A DNA stretch of 64,000 nt from Macrostomum lignano (taxonomy: Eukaryota). The notes below the pieces were generated by a model. The model saw only the letters and a list, made by a program, of their open reading frames with translations. It made no database searches and was not told where the DNA came from. Each line of letters opens with the position of its first letter. Position 1 is the first letter of the stretch. Both the position numbers and the translations under genes were made by a program. Of this stretch, positions 41,488-52,480 are shown piece after piece. Location: positions 62,001 through 126,000 of the forward strand of contig NIVC01001862.1 of NCBI GenBank assembly GCA_002269645.1, read 5' to 3'.

Positions 41488-44400
41488 TATTCCAAGATTA
41501 ACAAGTAGATATGCAGCAACTGCTTCTACTGCTGAATCAAGCAACAATACTAAGTCAAATGAGGTAAGTTTTGTGCTAGTAGAATTGTCTAAATTCATTT
41601 TTAATTTGATTCATATTAACTATATGTATATATTTGTAACTATTAGATAATTCTTGGCAAGTTGGGATTTGGGTTTGTCATTATGACTATAAGTAACCTA
41701 TGCTATTGCCACCTTCCTTACTAAATTTTTAGTTGCTAGGCCAGCCTCCCAGATCCTCAGTTGCTAGGCCAGCCTCCCAGATGATCCTCAGTTGCTAGGC
41801 CAGCCTCCCAGATCCTCAGTTGCTAGGCCAGCCTCCCAGATGATCCTCAGTTGCTAGGCCAGCCTCCCAGATCCTCAGTTGCTAGGCCAGCCTCCCAGAT
41901 GATCCTCAGTTGCTAGGCCAGCCTCCCAGATGATCCTCAGTTGCTAGGTCAGCCTCTCAGATGATCCTCAGTTGCTAGGCCAGCCTCCCAGATGATCCTC
42001 AGTTGCTGGGCCAGCCTCCCAGATCCCCAGTTGCTGGGCCAGCCTCCCAGTTCCCCAGTTGCTGGACCAGCCTCCCAGATCCTCAGTTGCTGGGCCAGCC
42101 TCCCAGATCCTCAGTCGCTGGGCCAGCCTCCCAGATCCTCAGTCGCTGGGCCAGCCTCCCAGATCGTTAGTTGCTGAGATGCCATTCTCCAACTGCACCA
42201 GCCTTCATTATTACTCCATGCTGGCACTGAACACTCGCACCCTCAGGCCAGCGACTCATTCGTGCTGAACCTATTCTCCGGACGCGTCAACACAAAGCAG
42301 CTGACGCCCTTCCCGTCTGTATTGGACTCCGACCAGCGGTCAACTCTTGCCGGCATGGTGGAACCCGTCGATAAATTCTTCCAGGAGGTGAACAACGCTG
42401 ATAAGAATGACGCTTTAGAGACCATTGAGCCCAATACGCTCACTGGACTGGCTGAGATGGGCGCCTTCGGATTGCAGGTTTGTGTCCTTCATTGTATTCG
42501 TCACTCTGTCGCTCCTTAAGTTTCCATCTCATCCCATATCCCCCAATCCCACATTCCCATCCCATCTCATATTCCCCAATCCCACATTCCCATCCCATCT
42601 CATATTCCCCAATCCCACATTCCCATCTCATCCCATATCCCCAATCCCACATTCCCATCCCATCCCATATCCCCAATCCCACATTCCCATCCCATCCCAT
42701 ATCCCCCAATCCCACATTCCCATCTCATCCCATATCCCCCAATCCCACATTCCCATCCCATCCCATATCCCCCAATCTCACATTCCCATCTCATCCCATA
42801 TCCCCCAATCCCACATTCCCATTTCATATCCCCCAATCCCACATTCCCATCCCATATCCCCCAATCCCACATTCCCATCCCATCCCATATCCCCCAATCC
42901 CACATTCCCATCCCATCCCATATCCCCCAATCCCACATTCCCATCCCATATCCCCCAATCCCACATTCCCATCCCATCCCATATCCCCCAATCCCACATT
43001 CCCATCCCATCCCATATCCCCCAATCCCACATTCCCATCCCATCCCATATCCCCCAATCCCACATTCCCATCCCATCCCATATCCCCCAATCCCACATTC
43101 CCATTTCATATCCCCAATCCCACATTCCCATCCCATCCCATATCCCCCAATCCCACATTCCCATCCCATCCCATATCCCCCAATCCCACATTCCCATTTT
43201 ATCCGTATTCCCCAATACCACATTCCTATCTAATCCCATATTCCCCAATACCACATTCCCATCTCATCCCATATTCCCCAATTCCACATTCCCATCTCAT
43301 GTTCACCAATCCCACATTCCTATCCCGAGTTTCATGCTTGCAGTCTCACTTACCACCTTCCTATTTTCAATTTTACATCATACATTGCCGTTCACTACTC
43401 CAAAGCCAGAACCCCAACTCAGCATTATCAGCACACCGCTTCACCGTAGCAACTACGCGGAATTTCGCCTGCACTCCAGGTACCCATAGAATACGGCGGC
43501 CTCGGCCTGAGCAACACCCAATACGCCCGTTTAGTTGAAGTGGTCGGCGCCTACGATCTGGGAGTCGGTATCTCCCTTGGCGCTCATCAGAGCATTGGAT
43601 TTAAGGTCTGTTTGTACTTTTAATAATTTAAATTTTTAAATTTAGAGGAGAGGAGAGAGAATAGAAGAGAGAAAGGAGAGGAAAGATGAGAAGCTGAGAA
43701 GAGAGGGAAGTGAAAGAAACGAGTGAAAAGAGGATTGATAGAAGAGGGGAGAGAGAAGTTTTGAGCCGTATAAGAGAGCTAAAAAGAGAACCCAATCTTG
43801 AGCTGGCTGGATTCTCCGCTGACGTCCTGAGCAAATTGTCTTGGAGGTTGGCCATCATAGATTGAATTGGACAACCGACTGAAAGGTCGGGAGTTCGATT
43901 CCTGATCCCACTGGAACAATTGAGCAAGACACTTAACTCTGCATTGCTTCAGTTCACCCAGCTTTAAAATGGGTGCCAGCATTAGTTGGGATAATTGAGG
44001 GTGTGCGTGGCGACTTCCCCCCAGTCCTTGGTCTGTCTACCTATCACTACTGTAAACCAAGCACCAACCCCAAACCACACAGGGCATCACCCTGTACGGC
44101 ACACACGAGCAGAAGCAGAAATACCTGCCGGATTTGGCTTCTGGTAAAAAGTTCGCGGCGTACTGTCTAACTGAGCCGAGCTCGGGTTCGGACGCTAGCT
44201 CGGTGCAAACTCGGGCTGTGCTGTCGCCCTGTCGCAAGCACTACAAGATGAACGGCTCGAAGCTGTGGATCAGCAATGGCGGCATCGCCGACGTGATGAC
44301 GGTGTTCGCCAAGACCGAGGTTAAAGATGAGGCTACTGGAGCGGCTAAGGACAAGGTGACGGCTTTTATTGTCGAACGAGGATTTGGCGGTGTTAGCAGG

Positions 44401-47400
44401 TAAAACGGCATTGAGTTATTATTTTTGAACTCATTGTGAGGCAATTAATCACTACCCTGAAGTCTCAAATCCCACACTGAATCTTCAGATTCCACCCTGA
44501 ATCCCTTGGATCCCCACCCTGAAGTCTCAAATCCCACACTGAATCTTCAGATTCCACCCTGAATCCCTTGGATCCCACCCTGAAGTCTCAAATCCCACAC
44601 TCAATCTTCAGATTCCACCCTGAATTCCTTGGATCCCGCCTTGAAGCTTCTAATCCCATCGTGAAATCTCTGATCCAATTCTTAAGCACCTAAACCCATC
44701 CGACAGCCTTTAATCCCACCGGGCAGCCTCTAATCCCATCCAGCAGCCTCTAATGTTAAAGACTCTAATTTTATTTAGAATTTAGTTTTAGAATTTACTA
44801 TCCTAAAACTTTAATTCTTTCCTAAAACTGTAAATGCAGCTTGCAGCTGTAGAGTTGGTTTCTGATTTTCTGACTCACCCTTGCTCATAATTAAGAACTC
44901 TAAACTATAAGGTTCAAGCAATCTTGCTTCACCAAGCATTGCTTAGTGGCCTAATCTCCAAGGGTTAGATCGTTTCAAACTAAGGTCTACCCGTGCCGTC
45001 CAAAGTTTAAAGGTTGTTGAGTTGTCTTGATCTTTAATAATTAGACATTTCTGGCTTGGAAACCTAGTTGGACTGTGACTCGAGGTGGCTTTGAATTTCA
45101 ACCCCTTAGTTACTGGTTGCGTGTCTCCCACAGTTTTTGCTGCTCTACTATCAGAAGCAGTTTATCGGCCTGTAGGTGTGTCAGTTGCTCTTAGCGCTTG
45201 GAATAGAATTATTTCGTTTCAAGTATTTTTCACTTGCTTAAAAAATCTAGCCTACTACAAGTAGCAGTAGTAGTATATTATAAAATGCTGAAATACTCAT
45301 TTTAGTCTTCTGTATGTCTAATAAATATTATTATAATATGTTTATAGTTATTCAAACCGTCTAAATAAACAAATTATAAATCTATCTACCATTTAGAATA
45401 GCTACTGGTAGAACTACCCAATTAAAATACTGGCAGATCTAACTGCCCAATTAGACTACTGGCAGATCTAACTACCCAATTAGACTACCGTATAATATAG
45501 ATACTAGATATTATAGCTACTATTCAATAATTCAGTACATGCAAAGCAGATCTAGTTTGAAATCAGTTAGCTCACACTGCTCACAGCACTGAAAAGAGGT
45601 GGCCCCTACTCCAACTATAACCAACTACAGCGGACCGCCCGAGAAGAAGATGGGCATCAAGTGCAGCAACACGGCGGCTCTCTATTTTGAAGACACCGAA
45701 ATCCCAGTTGAAAATGTACTCGGCGGAGTTGGCAACGGATTCAAGGTGGCCATGAATGTGCTTAACAATGGCCGATTCGGCATGGGAGCGGCTCTGTCCG
45801 GGACAATGCGACTGTGCATTGCTAAGGCCTCGGAGCACGCGGCCGGCCGGACCCAGTTCGGAGCGAAGATCTCCAGCTACGGAGCTATCCAAGAGAAGCT
45901 GGCTAGGATGGCTGCTAAGCACTATGCAACTGAGTCTATGGCTTACCTAGTTAGCGGCCTGATGGATTCTGGCGTGGCCGAGTTCCAAGCCGAAGCTGCT
46001 ATTAGCAAAGTCTACGGATCTGAGGCCGCTTGGTATTGCGCTGATGAGGCTATTCAGGTGTGTTGTTTGCCGTGTAAAGCCATCTATTTATTCGTCTGTT
46101 GTCATCTTAAACCCCACAGAACCTCAAGCCGATCCTTTGTCACGTGATCTGAACTCAATCCTTTTGTCACGTGACCCAAACTCAATCCTTTTGTCACGTG
46201 ACCCAAACTCAATCCTTTTGTCACGTGACCCAAACTCAATCCTTTTGTCACGTGACCCAAACTCAATCCTTTTGTCACGTGACCCGAGCTGAATCCTTTT
46301 GTCATGTGACTTAAACCCGATCCTTTTGTCACGTGACTTAAACCCGATCCTTTTGTCACGTGACTTAAACCCGATCCTTTTGTCACGTGACCCGAGCTCA
46401 ATCCTTCTGTCACGTGACCCAAACTCAATCCTTTTGTCACGTGACCCGAGCTGAATCCTTTTGTCATGTGACTTAAACCCGATCCTTTTGTCACGTGACT
46501 TAAACCCGATCCTTTTGTCACGTGACTTAAACCCGATCCTTTTGTCACGTGACCCGAGCTCAATCCTTCTGTCACGTGACCCGAGCTCAATCCTTTTGTC
46601 ACGTGACCCGAACTCAATCCTTTTGTCACGTGACCCGAACTCAATCCTTTTGTCACGTGACTTAAACCAGATCCTTTTGTCACGTGACCCGAACTCAAAT
46701 CCTTTTGTCACGTGACCCGAACTCAAATCCTTTTGTCACGTGACGAACTCAATCCTTTTGTCACGGGACGAACTCAATCCTTTTGTCATGTGACCTGAAC
46801 TCAATCCTTTTGTCACGTGACCCGAACTCAAATCCTTTTGTCATGTGACCCGAACTCAAATCCTTTTGTCACGTGACGAACTCAATCCTTTTGTCACGGG
46901 ACGAACTCAATCCTTTTGTCACGTGACCTGAACTCAATCCTTTTGTCACGTGACCCGAACCCAATCCTTTTATCAAGTGACCCAAACCCAAATTTGTCAC
47001 GTAACCCTATCCCGATCATTTTGTCACGTGACCGGAACCCAATCTTTTTATCACGTAATCCGAACTGAATCCTTTCGTCACGTGACTTAAATCCGATCAT
47101 TTTGTCGCATGACCTTAACCTAAGTGATCTTTTTTAACTCACGTGACGTTTTTTTCATTTGAGCTGTTAAACCCATCTTTCTCTTGTTACTGAAACCCAT
47201 CAGATCCTGGGCGGCATGGGCTACATGCGAGAGACCGGCCTAGAACGCGTCATGCGCGACCTACGCATCTTTCGTATATTCGAAGGCACCAACGATATTC
47301 TTCGATTGTTCTTCACTCTGCTGGGCGTGCAGTACGCTGGCAAACAGCTGCAACAGTTGGCTAAGAGTCCATTGAGCAATCCGTCAGCTTTGGTGTCCAT

Positions 47401-49071
47401 GGGCTTCAGAAAGATGGGCCTGGGCTCCGTGGCCTCCCCAGACACTGGGGCACTGCTCGAGCGGCTGCATCCCGAGCTGAAAGCGTCCGGGGAGCTGCTC
47501 GGCCAGACTGCCGGACACCTGGGTCAGGCTGTGCAGGTAAGCGGCTGCGGTAGCTGGTGTGGCTTTGTGTGGATAGATGGAGTGGGTTTGTGTGGATAGA
47601 TGGAGTGGGTTTGTGTGAATAGATGGAGTGGGTTTGTGTGAATAGATGGAGTGGGTTTGTGTGGATAGATAGAGTGGCTTTGTGTGGATAGATGGGGTGG
47701 CTTTGTGTGGATAGATGGGGTGGCTTTGTGTGGATAGATGGGGTGGCTTTGTGTGGATAGATAGAGTGGCTTTGTGTGGATAGATAGAGTGGCTTTGTGT
47801 GGATAGATGGGGTGGCTTTGTGTGGATCGATGGTGTGGCTTTGTGTGGATAGATGGGGTGGCTTTGTGTGGATAGATAGAGTGGCTTTGTGTGGATAGAT
47901 GGGGTGGCTTTGTGTGGATAGATGGGGTGGCTTTGTGTGGATAGATAGAGTGGCTTTGTGTGGATAGATGGGGTGGCTTTGTGTGGATAGATGAGGTGGG
48001 TTTGTGTGGATATATGGAGTGGGTTTGTGTGGATAGATGGGATGGATTGGTGTGGATAGACTCAAAGGAGATAGATAAGTAGATCCTAGATAGCAAATCC
48101 TAAATTAAATTTGACGCCCTGCCTCAACCCTCTCCCACTCCCCACACCCGCAACCTGTGCAGGACATTGTAGTGAAGCACAAGAAGGGCGTGATCGAACG
48201 TCAGCACGAGCTCAACAGGCTGGCTGAGGGCGCCATGCACGCCTACGCGATGGCTGCGGCGCTGTCCAGGGCTGATCAAAGCCTGCGGGCTGGGGCAGCT
48301 TCGGCTGAGTACGAGACTCGACTGGTGCACTACCTGTGCAATGAGGTGAGCGGCACAGTATGCTGTTTTGCTGTATTTAATTCGTGCTAAGCTTTATAAT
48401 TGATTATCTGACTGAGAAGTGAAGATTTTTCTTCATCCTGAAGCTATCTAATCCCATCCTGAAGCTATATGATCCCATCCTGAAGTTATCTAAATGCCAT
48501 CCTGAAGCTATCTAAATGCCACCCTGAAGCTATCTAATGCCATCCTGAAGTTATCTAAATGCCATCATGAAGCTATCTAAATGCCATTCTGAAGCTATCT
48601 AAATGCCATCATGAAGCTATCTAAATGCCATCCTGAAGTTATCTAAATGCCATCCTGAAGCTATCTAAATGCCATCCTGAAGCTATCTAAATGCCATCCT
48701 GAAGCTATCTAAATACCATCCTGAAGCTATCTAAATGCCATCCTGAAGCTATCTAAATGCCATCCTGAAGCTATCTAAATGCCATCCTGAAGCTATCTAA
48801 ATGCCATCCTGAAGCTATCTAAATGCCATCCTGAAGCTATCTAAATGCCATCCTGAAGCTATCTAAATGCCATCCTGAAGCTATCTAAATGCCATCCTGA
48901 AGTTATCCTATCGCTCCAACCCACCTACTACAGAGTGCTGACTGGATTCAGTACAACTTGGGCCAATTGAAATCGAATCGAACTCAGACCAGCATCGAAC
49001 TGTCCAAGGACATTTCCAAGACTGTCTGCGACAATGGCGGCGTTGTCCAAGTCAATCCGTTGGGCCTGTGA
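41488..49071 (+). CDS. ACADVL: Very-long-chain specific acyl-CoA dehydrogenase, mitochondrial (first exon unresolved)
   Basis: Exons 41488-41563, 42247-42477 ([15 protein letters not shown]), 43480-43605 ([27 protein letters not shown]), 44083-44399 ([23 protein letters not shown]), 45631-46057 ([23 protein letters not shown]), 47204-47536 ([19 protein letters not shown]), 48163-48345, 48934-49071 (..[11 protein letters not shown]). All GT-AG with consistent phases. Includes the VLCAD-type C-terminal extension ending NPLG. Confidence 0.95.
41737..42176. repeat. 28/31-bp minisatellite (CCTCAGTTGCTAGGCCAGCCTCCCAGAT[GAT])n in ACADVL intron
   Basis: Direct reading. Confidence 0.94.
42524..43320. 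repeat. C-rich ~28-34-bp minisatellite (ATCCCATATCCCCCAATCCCACATTCCCATCCC)n in ACADVL intron
   Basis: Direct reading. Confidence 0.94.
43850..44037 (+). mobile_element. tRNA-derived SINE copy with diverged head, intronic
   Basis: GAAAGGTCGGGAGTTCGATTCCTGATCCCACTGGAACAATTGAGCAAGACACTTAACTCTGCATTGC matches the other two copies. Confidence 0.75.
44452..44752. repeat. ~61-62-bp triplicated unit built from ~20-bp ATCCCACCCTGA subunits, decaying into 20-bp units
   Basis: AGTCTCAAAT at 44461, 44523 and 44584. Confidence 0.85.
46133..47150. repeat. 27-bp minisatellite with GTCACGTGAC palindromic core in ACADVL intron
   Basis: CACGTG at 46141, 46168 and 46195; about 26 perfect GTCACGTGAC by manual count. 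Confidence 0.97.
47556..48060. repeat. 23/27-bp minisatellite (GTGGCTTTGTGTGGATAGATGGG)n in ACADVL intron
   Basis: Direct reading. Confidence 0.94.
48436..48910. repeat. 22-bp minisatellite (AATGCCATCCTGAAGCTATCTA)n in last ACADVL intron
   Basis: CTATCT at 48661 and 48683. Confidence 0.95.
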
Positions 49072-49801
49072 AACTGGACTTTTTTAATTCACAAAAAATG
49101 GGATAAGCAACATTTAAATTTTGAGTTAAAATTTGCAATGAGCTCAGGCTAACATCTATTAGAGTTATTAATAAATAGTGGTTTTGATTTCATATTTTAG
49201 GCATTTCTATTCTTCTAAGGGTGTCATCATTTTTACCTGTTATAGCTATGCAATATAAACAGGCTGTACTAGAAGACACTTGTGTCGCCTGGTTTTAATA
49301 ATAATAAGTTGCTTAGTTTATTTTGTGAACAAATATAATAAATAAATGTGACGCTACAATATCTATCATCGTATGGGATGACCACATTAGAACTGCTAAT
49401 GTACTGCGGTAATTGCTTCGTGCTTTATTTAAATAAACACTGGTCATTTAAATACATTTTAATTAATTCCATCTGTAAACAATTTGTTTTGTTTTGTTTA
49501 ACTGTCACAAATGATTTTGAACTTTAGTACTTGCCTTCTGTAAGGTAACATGGGTGAATTCATTTAGGGACGTTTCCTAATAATTCACTATTTTTATTCT
49601 AGTTAAGGAGTATTATTAGATAGCTCTCATTAGACAACGGCTAGTAAGTGCAAACCTGAAAATTACGAGGGGTATTAACAAAGTTTGTTATTCTGGTTTT
49701 AAACAGTAAACAAAAGAGCGAAACCTGTCTGTTCATCTACGTAAAGTAAGAATTTTTGGCTATCATTTTGTAAAAACCGTTTTTATACTGCTTTCAGCAC
49801 A

Positions 49802-51642
49802 ATGGCTCAGGCTCAGCAAACAGTCGATCTATCTGACCTGATCACGTGCGGCTACTGCCATCGTGTGTTCACTGAACCCTGCCAGCTACCTTGCGGCGAC
49901 ATCGTGTGCAGACGATGCTTCATGAGCCAGGACAATGAGGTGCAGCAGGCAGCTGACGGTTCCGGCTCGATTCGCAGATGCCCGCTGTGTAGTCGTGGCT
50001 TCAACGCAGACGGTTCGGAGTTAAGAGCGGACGCTCGCACTGCTTGGATTGTGCAGAGCCAGCTGCAACAAGCTGCATCTGGTGCAGCAGCTTGTGGTCA
50101 GACAGACGACAAAAATACCTGCAGCTTGGTGAACTGTAACGAAGCAGCCACGGGCTGTGGACTTGAGTTCGAAGGTTCGCTGTGCGAGCGGCATCTGCAG
50201 ACTGATTTTGATCGATTCGCAGCCAAGCTGAAGGCGCTTCAGGCTGAGCTGCAGCCAAAAGTGGCGCTTCTAGTTAAGCAGATCAAGAGTCGAAAAGCTG
50301 TATTGCACGAGTTATGGCGGACAGGGAGGATGTGTCTGATATGTTTGATGAAATGCAAGATCAACTGATGGAGTGCCGGCATCAGACACTGAAAAAGCTG
50401 GACGATGAAATCGAAAAGCTTCAGTCGGATGCTCAGTCGCTGGAGCCGGTTGAGAGCTTGCTGGTGGAAATCGAAAATAAGACTAACGCTTCTGACAGGA
50501 TGAAAAGTCAGTTCCAATCTCTTATGACGCTACACTATTCACTTGAAAATCTTCAAGTCGATGAGCACTGGCAGCCGTCAATCAATTCCACAGTGGAACG
50601 TGTTCGTCTACTTTCCTGCGACATTTTTAAGGCAGTGAATTCTGCAACGAATCCTGTAAATTTCGAGTGCCCTCATCCTATCGTCAAAGAGATTGAGCAT
50701 GATACCAATTTTGAACTCATTCGAATTGAATCGTGCACCCGTACTGAAGGGTTTCACATGAAAGATGGCGTTATTTCAGCGCAGTCTTGTGAGGGAAGCA
50801 GCTCGTTACCTCGGTTCTGTGTTGTAGCATTTGGCTATCAGGGCAATTCGGAACAGCAGGATGACACCATTGTCCTGTTTTTTGATGCCTCAGTTACTGA
50901 AAATTCAAAAATGCGTATTGGCGAATGGAAGATTCCAAGCCGTAAACTTGCATCTGCTCATTGCAACAATGCTCAACAGCAGTTCTATCTGCTGTTTAAC
51001 AATTCGGATTTGATCGTGACTGACCTTGCCGGTTCTGTGCTGCACGAGGTGAAGTCTCTGCAGATTGAGGCGCCATTGCGAGTGACTGGTTGTGGTAGCA
51101 AGATTTACATTCTGGGAAGCGATTCACAATTGTTGTGCCTGTCTTCAGAGACACTCGAAGTGCAAGAGCGGAGTCAAGTCCCGATGTCAGTTCCCGATGT
51201 TGTAGATGTCGTTGCACTCGGACGTAAACTGATTTTCATGACTAATAACTGTGTCTATTTCAAAGTGCATGGCAGCAATGAGTTGTTCGATCTGTGGTCT
51301 CCGCCGGTTTCGACTCTGCACAACAGTTTAGTTTGCTTGACCACGCTTGATCATGGATTCGGGCTTATCAGCATTCGTAACAGTGAGGGTCACGAATGGC
51401 TGTACTCTTTGCTACACGAAGCTGTGGTATCGACGGCTTCAACCAGTTTCGCAGCTTCGAAATCATGGATATCCGAAGATTGCTTTTTTCTTGATCGAAA
51501 GCACGTTCATGTACATTTCAAATTAAATGCGAAGATGCTGATCGAAGAAGAAGTGCCAGATACCTTGATCGAGCTACAGCTACGGCTTGATCGGCTTGAA
51601 GAAGCTCGAAAATTTTTTATCTCTGAAAATTTTGCACCCTAA
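49802..51642 (+). CDS. intronless RING / B-box-like / coiled-coil / beta-rich C-terminal (TRIM-like) gene, split by a -1 frameshift between 50278 and 50368
   Basis: ORF1: CGYC..PCGDIVCRRC..CPLC RING, a C-x4-C-x6-C-x8-C-x2-H box and the start of a coiled coil. ORF2 (-1 frame, open from 50278) continues the coiled coil (EDVSDMFDEMQDQLMECRHQTLKKLDDE), then repeated hydrophobic beta-strand motifs. Confidence 0.75.
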
Positions 51643-51774
51643 TTTTGCATAATTTATAAATTCGATTTAGAAATTCACAAAGCTCTAAGCTCCAAAGAAT
51701 GTTTGTTAAGCAAAGAATTACTCGTAAAACTGCATAGTACGATTGACATTGTTTCTAATCAGCAATTACCAAAG

Positions 51775-52480
51775 TGGGATGTCCGGCGAAATATAGGACA
51801 GGTACCATATATTTTAAACAAACAATTGAAACAATAACTGTGTCATTTTTAACATAATCTCCACCCTTCTCAATGCACCGCTGCCATCGCTCCAGCCACT
51901 TGTTGAAGGCCTCAGCGAACTGGGAAGCAGCCATAGGGTCGGTGCACTCTTTCATCGCACTCTTTGCTCTGAAGATGTGTCTCTGGAGGCTCAGGTGTAC
52001 TTCAAGTGACATGTAGACAAGCTCCAAATAAAAACATGCTTGGAGCTGCTTGTGTAGACAAGGCTCTTGTTTTCTGCGAGTCAAAGAAAATAGTTTTCTT
52101 GGCACTGCGGGACACCCGGGCACTTGGCACCCAAGTTCTTGGTTTTTGGAGTCACAGATCAGTGATCATGTTTCATTCTTCGCTGCAGAAAGCCTAGCTC
52201 ACTTCAAAAGAAGTCCTGAGCACAGCGTTTTCTTCCGCTGTTTTCTTCCGCAAAAGAAAGACAAGAGCTGCAGGTCATGGACAAGAATCTCATGAATGTC
52301 TTGGGAATCTCAGATTCATCTGAGAGCTCCCTGGCAGTGAGGCGCCTGTCTTCCTCAATCAGACGGCTTTGCCTCTACTAATCACCAATTAAGTTGCTCT
52401 TTGAGTCTTTCTAGTAAAAAATGAATTTCATGATATAGAAATGAGCAATGAGCACAGTCCTATATTTCGCTGGACACCCA
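51775..52480 (-). mobile_element. internally deleted, degenerate mariner element
   Basis: TIRs TGGGATGTCCGGCGAAATATAGGAC (51775-51799) and inverted copy 52457-52480 followed by TA. Minus-strand remnants RLIEEDRRLTARELS..IHEILVHDL and FNKWLERWQRCIEKGGDYV are typical of mariner transposases. Confidence 0.85.
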
